Assembly: GCA_030265395.1 (NCBI GenBank)
Contig: JARFYF010000002.1
Coordinates: 56,663,271-56,727,270 of the forward strand
DNA: 64,000 bases
Direction: 5' to 3'
Source of the DNA: Rhina ancylostomus
Lineage: Eukaryota
This document shows, in pieces, positions 36,445 through 50,708 of the stretch. The first letter of the stretch is position 1. Each line of letters begins with the position of its first letter. The translations under genes and the position numbers were made by a program. The notes below the pieces were generated by a model that was given only the letters and a program-made list of their open reading frames with translations, had not been told where the DNA came from and made no database searches.

Positions 36445-37479
36445 GTTATTCCCACATACACAGCAGCAGTTTAACTATATCCTTTCCTGTACTCAATTAA
36501 TATCTGAGTATTTAGTGTCCAACATTGATCATTGGATAGCGATCATGAGAGAGAGTTCAGCTTTATTCATTTTTGATTGGCAGATATAGAAAAAGATATT
36601 TCCCTTTTGAGAGGGAGTCCAAAAGTCAGGCCTGTGCATTTAAAATAGTCACTCATGAATGGAATTGTTCATTGAAACTTCTTCATTTGGAAATGGGAAA
36701 GAATGTGAGAAAGGTTGCCAAACTGAGAGGTTGAGGTGAGTAGCAGGTGAGTGTTTAAAATGTGTATAGGGGAGGGGAAAAATTGGGAGAGATGAAGTAG
36801 GTGGTTGGAGGTAGCTCAAACATAGCAGGGACCAACTGAACAAAGCAGTCTCTTTCTGTTATAAATCCTGTGTAATTACCTGCTCACATCCAGATTCCCC
36901 AGCCAAGTAGTGAGTCAACATGAGTTAGTTTCAACTCCAATACAAAAAAGGATACCCCAAGGTGCATTTTAATAAATTTTGCATCTTGGAGCACAACAAA
37001 AGGAATTGAACAGCATATGCATATGAATTTCTGTGATTGTATGAATGATAAAGCAAATACTTGGGTTTGCACCTGGTGATTCTTGAGTAAATAGGCCAGT
37101 GCAGATGGCGTAAGTTGGGTTTGGTGTTGCAAGTTGCTGGCTGTTTAAAACCCTCAGTTAGTTTTATGTGGTTGGAGTTTTTTGGACTGTTGAAAAACAG
37201 AGCAGCTTTGAGTAGCAGCAAAGAAAGTGTGATGAAATGTTGGCTGTTTCAACTGGAGTATAAACAATTCCAGACAGGTTGGTGGAGACTGCCCCAATCA
37301 TAAGTCACACATTGTCACAGGCTTTTGTGATGAGACCTTTGTGGTGATGCCTTTGCTCATGGGAAGAGTATTCAAAACCTTTCACAAAAACAAAGGTGCT
37401 TCAATACGATTTGGTGCATTTCCCAATTATGCCTTCAGGTCTCATGGTTGCCATTCTGCTCATCCCTAACTTTTGCTGG

Positions 37480-37788
37480 AAAGTGTTTAAAATGATGAGA
37501 GGCATAGATAAGGTGGATGGTAACAGCCTTTTTCCTAGGGTAAGGGAGTCCAAAATGAGGGGGCATAGATTAAGTTGAGAGGAGAAAGAATTAAGAGACC
37601 TGAGGGAGAAGATTGTGAGTATGTGGAATGAGCTGCCAGGTGAACTTGGATAGGTACATGGAGGGGTGGGGCTTAGAGGGATATGGGCCAAGCACAGGAA
37701 ATTGGAGCTAGGTGGGTGGGCACTGCGGTTGGCATGGACTAGTTGGGCTGAAGGGCCCGTATCCATGCTGTATTACTCCATGACTCTT
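37480..37788 (+). mobile_element. CR1 3' end
   Basis: KVFKMMRGIDKVDGNSLFPRVRESKMRGHRL plus the tail ttgggctgaagggcccgtatccatgctgtattactccatgact. Confidence 0.9.
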
Positions 37789-38861
37789 AGTTCCAGTTAA
37801 ATGGACCAATACTGTCATTGCAAAAGCTATTTAAGTTTCTTGTGTATTGTTATTCATTTTTTGAGATCTCTATGTCATTGGCAAGGCCGGCATTTATTGC
37901 TCATCCTAAATTATCCTGAAGAAAAGGGAATGTGCCACTGAGCTGCTGGAGAGGAGTTCCAGGATTTAGACACAGCAGCTCTGAAGGAAAGATGACATAC
38001 ATACTGATACTTTACTGGTATTGCTTCCACTTGTGCTCCCAAACCCATGCATTCTTACAATAAAATTCATCCAATATTTTAGCTTTATTAGTACTGTAAA
38101 ATAAATAGAAATCTTCTCTTGTGGCTGACTTAATTTGTAACATTAATTTCAGTTGAGCAGTCCATTATATCATCTTTCTTTTCAGTTCGCCAGCTGTTTG
38201 CTTGCACCATCTGCCTAAAAATATGTTTTTTTTATATATATTTTGTTGTGAATGGCTGCAAATCAAATGGATGAATAGAAGTGGAAGCCTCTGTTCTCAA
38301 TTTTATGGCCTCCCAAATATGCTCAAGGTCACTAGATACCAAACCAATTTCTTTGAATCATTGTTATGACTGCGACCACTAGCCAGGTCTGTTCACCTGC
38401 CCATAATGTATTCCTCCCTCCAAGGCCATTTGTCTGAGAGATACATGATAATCCTTGTACTATTTTCGATTTACCTTCTCACATAAGTATTGCACCTTTT
38501 ACCTCAGTACAACAGCGATTGCACTTGCATGAGTACTTGGTTGTCTGTTATGTGTTCTGGAATATCCTGAAGTAGTAAAAGTTGTGTTATAAAAGCAGGT
38601 TTATTTTATCAGCCTTTTTTAAAATTAGCCCTCACTTTCAAATTATTAGGGGGGGAAAAAAGATAAGCAAAATATATTAAAAGGTAGAGGATTGAATTCA
38701 TCAGTATAATTGACTCTTTCTGAGGCAATCCCTCCATTCACTCCAATTTTATGGGCTCAGGTGACTGATGAGGCAAATGTGGGAACAACAGATGATTCCA
38801 CAGCTGAGGCTAGTGGTGCATGAAGAAAAGGGCAGGTGTTATCTTGTGGCCCACCTTCTGC

Positions 38862-39054
38862 CTTATACTCAGGGTTTATGTAATTTACAGAATTAACCTA
38901 TCAGTATGACTGGAGGAAGCCAGAGCGCCCAGAAAAAAAACAGTCATGGGAAGAAAATGCAAAATCCGCACGGATAGCACCTGAGGTCAGGATCGGATCG
39001 GATCGAATCTGGCCCGCTGGAAGTTTGAGATGGCAACACAAACTGTGTGCCACA
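38862..39054 (-). mobile_element. V-SINE with (GGATC)3 expansion in the B-box region
   Basis: ggaggaagccagagcgcccag...gcacctgaggtcaggatcggatcggatcgaatc...tgtgccac. Confidence 0.7.
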
Positions 39055-39739
39055 AAATTGTACCATTGGCTCGAGCATCATTTTGGCTTGTTGATAGCGA
39101 AGGTTGTGGCAGATCTGTTGTGTGTATTTAGATGCAGGCTTGAAAACTGGGATCATAGTGTGATCTAGCAATGAAATTGCCTTTGGACATTTGTGCATAA
39201 CAATTTTTAAATTCCATACATGATTTGCAAAATGAGAGAATGCACTAAACCCTTGAGTACAAAATTACTTAAAGATTGAACAGTAATGAGTATTTCCTTT
39301 TATTGTGTTTTTCATGCCACTGTATGCAATATTCATAATGCTTCTCATTTGAACAGAACATCTTGGAAATTGAGGTTTGTTACATGCAAATAACTACTCG
39401 TTTGAGGTACTGAACAGGATGCATAATTAGAAATCTCCAGCAATTTGGCAATCTTCAAAGTAGCAGAGTTTATTGAAATTTCAGATTTTGTGCATAGGAG
39501 TTGTGACAAACTATTGTAAGAACAATGTCTTTGCCTCTATTACCACACCCCCACCCCTTTTCTGTTTCAATTATTGTCAAATATCCTTCTCACATGGAAG
39601 GAGGCCATCCGGCCCATCAAATCCGTGCCATCTTTCAGAACAACATCAGTCCCCATCCCCACTTATTTTCCCCTAACCTATTCTCTCAGACAAACCCATT
39701 AGAAATTATATTAACAGAAGTTTAAGTAAAATAAGAAAG

Positions 39740-41805
39740 GAGAGCATGGTAGTGACTAATAAAGAGTGCCAAGGGAATGAATTGCATTGCAAGTAAGTGG
39801 TTAAAGTTTAAAGTGAGAAGATTTGCCATTGAAATGAGTTGACGAGTTTCTACAGAAAAAAAAACACTCGGCATCCATATTGGAATCAGGAACTGGAGGC
39901 AGTAATACACTGGAAGGAGCCAGTGAGATGTAGCTGCAGAAAAAATCGGGACTAGGAATTAAACACAGCAGGATATAATGTGATTTGTAAAAAGAGAGGG
40001 AACTGTTCTGGGTGTAGTCACAGTATTTATTAGAAAAACGAGACAGCTATCAATACGACAGAATGAAAGCCATGTGGGTACAGGATCAATTGCACAACTA
40101 AGGGGAGTCTGTGATGAACCTGATCGCAGAGGGCAAAAGGAAAACTATGAAAAGTACAGAGTAACAATTATAAGGGGATTTTAATCTCAATTTACTTAGC
40201 TGGAAGATGAAGTTAAAGGGATAAGGGAACTGAGTTCATGCAGTGTTGACAGAAGTATTTTCCAACTTGGTATGTAACAAGGGGAAAGCCCACTGCTGAA
40301 TCCAGTGAATAAGTAAATCAGACAGATAGCTGAATTAAGAGAGGAGTAAGGCGTGAATGTGACAAAGACAAGGGAGAAAACATTTTTTTGAGGGACTGGG
40401 AACACAGTTTTGAAAAATAAAATTGACAACAGTATTTGGCAAATAAGGTCAAACAGCAACGGGAAATGTGAAAGAGTATTCAGTGGAGTCCAGGAAAAGT
40501 AGATTTTGTACAAAAATATTCAGACCAATGGATAATGAACACCAGAGAGAAATATCGATGGCAGGGAAGGAGCTTGGGAGCAGAAGCAGAAAGAATGACA
40601 AAGTCAGCTGAGCAACAATTGGAGGATTATGATTAAATAATTGTATTCCTATGAAAAGAGAAAATGGAAAATGTATAAATGCTCATAGTTTAAAAACTAA
40701 TAGTCAATATGAATTCCAAAGACTTTCTCGACCTAACTTTGATGTTGTAACACAAGAAATAGACAATGGTCTTGCAGCAGATGTAATTTATTCCTTAACG
40801 ACGTGTCATAGTAATGTAATGAATCATGTTGGTGCATGCGTGGAGTTGAGACAAGTCATAGAATAGATGTGTGGCTGTCTTCAGGATAGCAAGGATAAAG
40901 GATGGCTTGTCTGAGTGGCGGAGGGTGGACCATGGTGTTACATATGTATGAGTACAGAACCACTCTTGTTCACTATTTATGGTCACAATTTAGATTGCAA
41001 ATAAAAATGCAGTTTCTAAATTTACAATGACACAAAATTTGGAGCAGAAGATGAGGATAATTGTCAATGCTGAGGAAGACTGTCGCAAATTACAAGAAGA
41101 CATTAATAAATTGCAGATTGAGCATATAACCAGCAAATTAGATTCTACAATAAACTGCCAAATATTGTGTATTCATTAATAAAATGCAGAGATCTAGTAT
41201 CACTTGGGAATTAAGAAAGTCATTTGGGTAGAGGGACAAATAATTCTTGAAGTGCTACACAATAGCTGTGTGGAGTGATAAGGCAGCAGGAAATAATGCA
41301 AGCCAGGCACTTGGAATTATTCCAGAGGAATGGAGTTGGAAATCAAATGTGCCAAACCTGTAGCAAACCTATGTCTGACCAGTCTTGTGTTCACTTCTGC
41401 TCACCATATTAAAATATAAGAAATGTGTAATAAGATTAACTTGGATGATCGTATAAGTGCGACATTATATCTACCTGGAAAGGGTGAACAATTCAGATCC
41501 TTATTCTCTTGAAAAAAGGACGAAGATTGAAGTAACAAGCCTTTAAAGGAGAGATGAAAGAATATTACCACTTGTTGTGACTATCAGTATAAAATGGGCA
41601 TTAAAAGGCTAAACAGGGACTGAAGAAAAATTCATTCCCCAGAATATTGGACTGAATACCAGAGGATGTGGGTGAGAAAAGAAGTCTTAACACATTGAAG
41701 GAGTGTCTCAACAAGCAAGCAAGGGAGAAGGTCATAAGCGATATGGAGATATGGGAGGAGCTTTTTCATTTGCATGGACTCATTGGCCTGAATGGTCTGC
41801 CTCTT
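39740..41805 (+). mobile_element. Old, heavily deleted CR1 ORF2 (endonuclease to RT to 3' tail)
   Basis: Ordered remnants: GDFN-like (about 40175), FDVVTQEIDNGLAADVIY, WRRVDHGV, SKF.DTK-like, then the 3' tail gcatggactcattggcctgaatggtctg. Confidence 0.75.
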
Positions 41806-43961
41806 TTTCTTTTAAGAAGCTGAAAAGGATTAAGAAGAAGACTGGATTTAATGATAAATATAGACATAGATAATCCATGACTAGGTCACGTAAGGCACCA
41901 TCACTGCTTGTAGCATGTGGGAAATAATGCTGCAAAACTCAGTTGGCTGGCTGTCCAAAAAGGAAGAGATGGTTAAGTAGCAGAATAAAAAGTAGATGGG
42001 AAAATTAGAAAAAAAGTAGAAAATGCTGGAAGTACAATCCAAGTTGCCAGCAACTGATGTCAAAAGATAATATTTAAGGTAAAACTTTTCAACAAAACAT
42101 GAAAACGTCAAGCAGTTTATCTGCTGATTCTTCCTCCCCTACATAAAAAGAGAATGGAAAGAATTTGACTGCAGCCTGTGCCAACATGACTAATTTTATT
42201 CCATTTTAAGGTCAACCTATTGAATTTAACAAAGCCAAAGAACTGCTCAAAGCAAAAGCAGAACACGCCCAACAGGATGTTGTACTTGACTACGAACAAA
42301 TGTTGACTCCTTGTTGATTCAGAAGCTCATGGTCGCCGTAACCTAACTTGTTGCTTTTAAGATGTAAAACCAAACTTGGAATATCCTGCACGGACAGCAT
42401 CTGCAGAGAAAAAACAGCCACTTTTTCTGGCGGATGACCTTTAATCAGAATCATGTTTTTTCTTATTTCAGATATGTAGCATCTGCTGTATTTTATTTGT
42501 GTTTCTATATACTCAGCTTCTATATTGGCACAGATACACTTGCAAACTAGGAAAATACAATGGTTTCCAACAAATAACATGAAACAAAGGAAAAATGATG
42601 GATATTGGAACTGAAATAGAAAATTCTGCAAACATACAGCATTTCCATGAGTATGTGAAAATAGAAACACTGTTAGTCATCTTGTAAACCTGCCATTGCA
42701 AATAAAAGAAATTTGTCAAACTCTTTAATTGTAATGAACCAACCAAAAGGGAAACAAAAAGATTGTTTATTCCTGCCAGAACACCTTTTTGCATCTGGAA
42801 GCTCCTTCACAATCATAGACCTGACAATTATCCAGAAAATATTCCAATATTGTCCTGAATGGTATGTGAGAAGAACAACTTGCATTTAATCTACACAAAT
42901 ATGACAGAGATGTGATCAGACATAAACAGATTTCAAGCCATTGAAGCCATTAAAATGTGTGAGCAAAACTTGATCAAAAAGGTGAGTTTTTTATTTAAAA
43001 GTTACTATCTACCTTATACAGCACTTACAACAAAGCAAAATATCCCAAGTTGTTTCACAGGAACATTATCTAGCAGGGCTTTAAAAAGGGAAGATGGGGG
43101 AATGGCAAAGAAGTTAGAGAGGGAATTCCAGAGCTAGAGGAACTGCCACCAAAGCTTGTCTATAGGACAGGAATGTACATAAGGTAGAAGTCTGAAGAAT
43201 GAAGAATTTCAATAAGAAGTTTGTAAGCTTTGGATGGTGAAAGAGGCAGAAGAGTTAAGGCTGTAAAAGTGTTCCAACAGAAAGAAGATGATTGTAAGTT
43301 GGAGATAATAACCATTGTGGGAGGTTGACCAGGAAAAGATGAGTCAGTTCGTGACAGAGGTAGGGATGATTGTTGTAGCAAAATGCTGGTCTAATGCAAG
43401 GAAACTTGTGTTGGTGCCTAGCATTTCCAACAGGAAACACTTAAGTTGTACCCAACCAAATGTTCTTCCATAGATATTATCAGCAGCACTGTGAATGTTG
43501 AAGATTAGCTCATTAACAAACTCTTGCAAGCAAAACATGGATCCTTGTATTGAATTTGCAGAAAAGTTAATACCAAGGGACTTGGTGTAAAATAAATAAA
43601 ACCAGCCAATATGTAGGATATAACCCAAGGAGAATCTGTCCTTTTCAGTGAAAAATTCATGGCAGTTTTGTTTTCACTGAACTGTCTACGACTTAGGTTG
43701 TGCTTGATATATTGAAGCCTTTTTGACACAGGATCATCACCTTTTTGCTGGAATTAGAAGAAACTGGGGAAAATGCTTCAAACAGTTCCCCAAATTTCTA
43801 AAGATGAAATTACATAGGTTGCACCCTTGAAGACAAAGAACATTTCTAACTGTACTGTGATTGTACAGAAAATCTTGAGAGTAGTTATGAAATATAGTCA
43901 AGTTCTGGCTAAAGAACAAGGCATTTAGTAACACTGGCTCCTTGTCAAACTTTTTTGTTAA

Positions 43962-44378
<417 letters not shown>

Positions 44379-46349
44379 TAATATTACCTTTATTCAACAT
44401 TTTTCAATTTCTTGCAACCTTTTCGTTATGAGAAGCAGTCAAGATTTGTAGGTGTATTTTTGTGTTGGGCACTCTAACCTACTAGGAATTGGATTGAGAC
44501 ATCTAGCATGGAATTTATAACTTGAAGGAAGGGTCTTCAAAAAGGCTGAAATATGATCTTGATTCTCTGAGCTAACGACACACATATTAACCTGAAGCAT
44601 TATTTTGAAACTTTATTTATTATTTTGGCCAATACCAACATAGCAAGTGACAGACTGTTCAGTTAAAACTGGAGTATGAATTGCAGACTAGATTTATATT
44701 TTGTCTGTCCCAAGGCACATGAATTCAGAGATGGAAAGAAACCTGTTAAAGAAAATTTTACTTTGTCCACTGCTTAAAGTGCTTGATTGCTGAGCAGCAT
44801 TTGAACATCTAAAATTCTGAACAATGAAGAATATACAGGGATAAATTGGCAAAGGTCTTGATATGCAGGTTATCCCTCTGTCAACACCATTAATACTGAA
44901 GCAATCACTTTCACTAAATTAGCATTAAAATTTTGTATAACTACCAGATTGCTTGCTCAAGGATGAAGTTTCGTGCCCATGTTCTGCTTTCTTCTCTGTG
45001 CTGTTGGAAAGCACTGTGGACTGCAGGTCATTCTGACAAGGCAGAATAAAGGCTCAGTGACATCAGCAGATCTCTTTAGCCAGATGACCACCACAGCTTG
45101 TGGATAGCATAAGACTGAGAAAGGGGGACTTCACATGAGAAAATTTGCCTTGCATTAATTTTGTCCCAATTTACTTGCACTACTTATGACGTGATTAATT
45201 TAGCAAATCAAACTATTTGCATATATGATAAATGGAACTGTGCAGCAAAATTATTCAGATGAAGCAGTAATGAAATATGTATTGTACTATACTGTATCCA
45301 CACTATCAGATGTGTTGAGGAGATGGCTCATCCACAAACACATTTTGTGTATTTAAATTCATTTACATTTTCTATTTAAATTCATATTTGACCATTATCT
45401 AATTAATTTGACAGCCTTGCTTATTTATCCTTGACCAACAGCAATTGAAGACAAATATAGTCAGCAATATACACATAAATGAGTGGAAAAAATGAAAAGC
45501 AGCTGACAACAAATTAATCCATGTAAACTTCATAAGTGGAGCTAGTTGATTAGCCTATTATATACAGAGTTATGGTCTCTGAACATGCTACATTTGGCTA
45601 ATATCTGTGCAGGATTGGGGAAGTATGAAAAGTTAGTCATTTTTAGTTGCTGCAGTCTTAAAATCCAGAAGTTGGTGGGGCAATTAATGGGCTGCTTTCT
45701 CAGCTTGGCAAATGCTTAACTCAGACCCCCCTTTCATCGCCACTGTAATTGGCAGCAGATAATGTGAGTGAGCTCTGTTGTCACACTAACAAGGGTGATT
45801 TTTCAGAATCTCCATTTACAGCCTGGGAGCTTAAATGGGACTTGTGCTGAACTGGCTGTAGCAGACCTGAAGTCCCATGGGATTTTGCTGATTGTAACTA
45901 TTTAATGAAGCAGATTTTCAATTGATGTCCTATGCAATATTGGGCTGGAATGTATTGACTTTGAGCAGATAGCTCAGGCAAGAAATGCCAGCTCGTTCTT
46001 GACTTCCTGCCTATTGCAGCAAGAAGAACAGGAACAAGCTGGAGGTCCAGTGCTGGTGCATATGGACGTTGTGCATCTGACCTCCCTCTTGACTGCTGAA
46101 CTCAGCACTGCATCTGGGGTTGAGTCTCCAAGCTAAAAGTCTGGATGCCACTGTGCAACTGCCCCTTAATCGTTGTGCCAGAAATGGCTGGCATATATTG
46201 CATGATCCATTCATTTGAAGGGAGTTGCTGACCTTGATCAAAAAGGTGAGTGCAGGTAAGTGGTTTGATTTTATTTTCTTTAATTTACTTAAGATCAATT
46301 TTTATAATTAATTTCTTGCTCTTAAATGTGTTTTTAAGTGATTCCCGAA

Positions 46350-46510
46350 GGAAAATGCCATATACTAGAAATCTGAAATAAAGGTGGAAATGTTAGAAAT
46401 ACTGAATGTCAGACATCATTGCAAAGGAATAAACAAAGTGAACTGTTTTTCTCCATGAAGATGGTGTGTGACCTGCAGAGTACCCAAAATATTTTGGTTT
46501 TTTTTTTCAC
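46350..46510. repeat. Decayed Penelope-derived hairpin element
   Basis: tactagaaatctgaaataaaggtggaaatgttagaaatact...tttctccatgaagatggtgtgtgacctgcagagt. Confidence 0.55.
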
Positions 46511-46909
46511 ATTGATCTGTTTGAGTAATTTTATTGCTTTAATTTATTTAATGATTTTTTTATAAATAGATCACTTTGGTCTCTTTTTGAATGTCCTTCA
46601 GGATGAGAGACATTCAGAAACTGTTCAATGGCCATTGACAGCAGTGAGTTACCAATAGGCCATCGGGGTGTTCTGGGTACGAAGGCTTTGTCACTGCTTA
46701 TGGACTGCTCTGCCTTTGGGTCGAGCGCCTCAGTGAGGCCCAGAGGATGATTTATTCACAGTTTTGCACAAAAAAAAGGTGTAGGCTGCAGAAAAAATTG
46801 TCGGCAGAAGGACAAGAGTGGGCAGTGGGCTGGATCAAGCAACATCTACACATTGTAATGACAGAGCTTCAGACTGCAGTAACATCGCTTCTTCCTTTTG
46901 GCTTCGCAG

Positions 46910-47039
46910 AAGGATGTCCCAGATGAAATGAAGGATCTGTCCGAGATGTGGGACGACAGCAGTGATGGTCAATCGGACTCGCAGAGCACAGAGAGCAATG
47001 AGAAGAGGGAAAGGAAGAAAAGTAGGTGGAATTTAGAAG
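46910..47039 (+). CDS. ASXL2: ASXL2 exon 5, 130 nt, phase 0/1 (3' end inferred, GC donor)
   Basis: cttcttccttttggcttcgcag|AAG; [43 protein letters not shown] aligns with human [29 protein letters not shown]...KKSRWKRK; in-frame TAA at 47045-47047 bounds it. Confidence 0.9.
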
Positions 47040-48934
47040 GCAGTTAAGGATTGAAAACATCATTGTGTGACCTCCACACTTGTTTAGTTCTTCTTCTTAA
47101 TCCTGGTCATATTTGGTTAATTTGAACTGGGGTTCAGTAATTTGGATCCCATTTTATCCCAGCTAAAAATGTGCTCAGAATTTTACAGCAGACAACTTTA
47201 AATTCAATTCAGGATACAGGCATGTTCTGCTCCATTGGTGTGGTACAAACCACATCGAGCCAACCAGAGGAAATTATGGTACTCAGTTTTTGATGCTCAC
47301 ATGCCAAGTGGTACTGAAATTTTAGAATTCTCCACCCATTTCTCAATGGGAAAACCTATAAAGGGAGCATATAAGTGCTAGAAATAAGAACGGAGTGTGT
47401 CCTACATTGATGGACAGCAAAGATCAAGTCCACTCTTGTCTCTCCCTATGGACTTTTTAATGCTACATCAGCTGTTCTACATGGTTCAGTTGGAAGGCTG
47501 GCATTAAAGAATGTATTGCTTGCAGTCTCTTCCCCACTCCTGAGCTCTCCAAGCACAGTGGTAATTCTGCATTTTCTGCTGTGTATGTACATTGACATAA
47601 ACACAAATGTATGCTAACTATTATTTATTAGTAACTTTGTGGGCTGGCAATTTGGAGTTAGAATTTTGTAGGAAGTCAGCACAAAATTCAGTACATGAAT
47701 TCTTCCCTGGCTGATAATTATGTGTTTTTGAAGACTCAGTGATGTGTTAAAAGAGGAAAAATGGTGGGAAAGGGATAAATGGTTCTTCCCTGTGTCAGAT
47801 TCTCAGTTGCACCCAATTATTATTTCTTTTTATAACTAATTTGGATTTCAACATATTTTTTGATGATAAAGTGAATTGCCCATCTGAGTTTTAGCCACTC
47901 TTCACTGGAAGTGATGAATAAAAGATTTATTTCAAAAATAACAACCTGCTTAGTGAATGGCCATTTATGTCAGTGGCATGCTCATTCACTCCCTGTACAC
48001 AGATCGCCTCTTTACAAGTTAGTTGCCAAAGGAACGCTTCCTTGCATGTGCCAGAATCATTAGAATTTTAAGCTGTGCTGACTTATTGAGTATCTTAATT
48101 AAATTTGTAATTGATAAAGTGGTGAAGAATCATTAAGATGACACAGTGAACAGAATCAAGTATGTGCATTTTATTCAAATCTTGTTCTGCAAAGAATTGC
48201 TGACAAGATTGAGATAATAGTTGTGGAAATATATTTTTAGTAGCTGCGCTTTTCCTGCCACACAAGATGGGCCTTGTTTATAATATGTCCATATTACACA
48301 CAGTGACCCTTTATTAATATTTTGTGGTTTCTACACCTGACACAACTATCTGTGACAAAAGTAATTGGATTATGTAACCCTTCGTTAATGTACCCTTCAT
48401 GGGTCCAATGCTTAGAGTCCCTGTGCATTACTTTGTGATGTATGTTTTAAAGTATGCAAATTGATAATAGGAGTATATGTAGTAATCTGAAAGGAAAAAA
48501 TAAAATTTATACAATATATAGCTCTGAAGCATTTCTGAAGTGCACTGCTGAAAGTAACAGCAGTTTGCCATTGGGTTGCACCTTGCAAGTAGCTCAAGAT
48601 CCCAGGGTGCTTTGTTGGACATGATATTAAGTCGTGTGATACTGCAGAATATTAGTTGCATTTTAAGGGGAAACTTTATGGAGGAAATTTTGAAGGTGAT
48701 TCCAGAGTTCAGAGCCTTGGCTAAGGGATATCCTGATGGCCAGAATAAAATGAACACAAATAGCTGTGGGTTACGAGCTGGAGCAGGTTCCACTGAGAGA
48801 GTGAAAACAAGTCTGAGATTTTAAAAATTATTTATTACTTCGTTGGGAACCAATAAAAGAAATAGGGCAGACAATTTTCAGAAGTGATGTACCAAAATCT
48901 GAAGCAAGATGCATTATTATTTGATCTGTTTTAG

Positions 48935-49275
48935 TGTTGAGGATCAATATTGGTCAGGATATTCTCCGTAGCAGAGATGCCTAATACTAAAGGACATAAG
49001 ATCAGGGTAAGGGTTGAGAGTTTTGGAGGGGATCTGAGGAAATACTTCACCCGGAGACTGGTTGGAATGTGGAATGTATCTAAGAAGTATCTAGGCGAAG
49101 TTTCTAAGTAATATACAGACAAAATATCTAAGAAGTATCCAGACGAGCACTTGAAGTGCCAAGTCATAAAGTTAATGGACTAAGTGCTGGCAAATGGGAT
49201 TAACATGTATAGGTACTTGATGGCTGGCATGAACATGGTCGGTCTAGGGGCCTAATTCTGTCCTGTATGATTGTG
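48935..49275 (+). mobile_element. CR1 3' end with internal duplication
   Basis: ggaggggatctgaggaaatacttcacccggagactggttggaatgtggaat, then the tail ggcatgaacatggtcggtctaggggcct; tatctaagaagtatc occurs twice. Confidence 0.8.
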
Positions 49276-50619
49276 ACATTTATTTTTTGCTCTTTTAAAA
49301 ACAATTTTCTCATGCTGTATGTCTACTTCTTTCAAGTGCTGCCAAAATTGAAATAATTGACAAAATATTTTTAATCTCATCTGAAAGACGGAACCATTAG
49401 CATTTTGGTATTTTTTCAAGCCAAGATTCTGTGCTCAAATCTCGAGTGAAATACAGATGCTCCTCCTTGTCATTATAAGTATAGGCACTTGCATTGAGCC
49501 ACAGCCGACAATCAATCAACAGAATTATCCCATCCAGCCATAGAAATGTTGATTTCCACATTGGTCCTGTCATCTTGAAAGGAAATTCAAAAGTTACTCT
49601 CAACTGTAAGTTATGCCATTGAAGAGAAGAGCACAATAATCTAATATATTAGACATGTTCTCTCTCAGGCCGTAACAATAATTAAAATGTCCCCATTCAC
49701 CCCTTGCAGCTGGGAAAAAAAATGTGAATGCATGGATGGAAATTTTAAAAAATCAGTTCCTTGAACTGAAGAATAATATGTGCGAGTTCAGTAGTGATGG
49801 TTGGAAGTGCTTCAGACATCTCTGCTCTTTGTTATCTGTATGTTGTAACAGAGCTACTTGCTGGTTGAGCAGTAAAGCAACAGATATGGGCAGGTAGATA
49901 ATTCACTCAGTGAAATGTGGCCAAGCTAGGGGGGTGATAGTCATTAAGTGGAATAACAATCTGTGCTTTATCAGTGATGGCATTAACTGTGGGTTGCTTG
50001 ATGTGCACACTTACTTTGCAAAAAGAAGTACAATTTCATGTACTCCATAGCTCTTCAAACAAAAATATTGTGGAATGTATTTGATACTGCATTTTCTTAT
50101 CCAATGGGAACTAGATTAAAATATTTTGATTTTATTTTTGATGTGAGCTCTTCCTGAACAGTGAAAATTGAAATCTGTTATTTATGAAATGCGTTTAACC
50201 CTGGAATGCAATGGTGAAGAGGCAGTTTTGCAAACTATACCTTCAGAGAAAGTAAGCAGTAAAGGAATGGCTTCAAAATCGTGCACTTCTACCAAGTTAG
50301 CAAAAGAAAATGTAGTTTTCTTTTGTTCTATGAATAGGATCTCCTGCTTAAAGGCAAGTCTAGAACCACTCAGGCAGCTATTCAGCTGATGTCAGTAAAT
50401 GGTTTCATGAAGATATTGCTGGAAGCAAATGAGGACTTGAAGATTCAGTAAATGTGCATGTTCAGGCAACAGGTGATGGTTAAGCAGTTGACTGACCCTT
50501 TGACACAAAGTAGCAAAACAAACATTAAAAATCAATTTGATTTTTTTCTGCTTTATGGCAAGGAAATATATCTTCCAAATTAATAGCTGTAAATTTCCTT
50601 GGAGTGGCAACAGCCACGG

Positions 50620-50708
50620 TGCAAGGTTTTGATCTGAAACATCGACAATTTCTTTCCTCCCACAGATACTGCTCGACCCACTGAGTTCCTCCAGCAGATT
50701 GTTGCTCT
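50620..50708. repeat. Single Penelope-derived arm
   Basis: ctgaaacatcgac...cacagatactgctcgacccactgagttcctccagcag. Confidence 0.75.
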
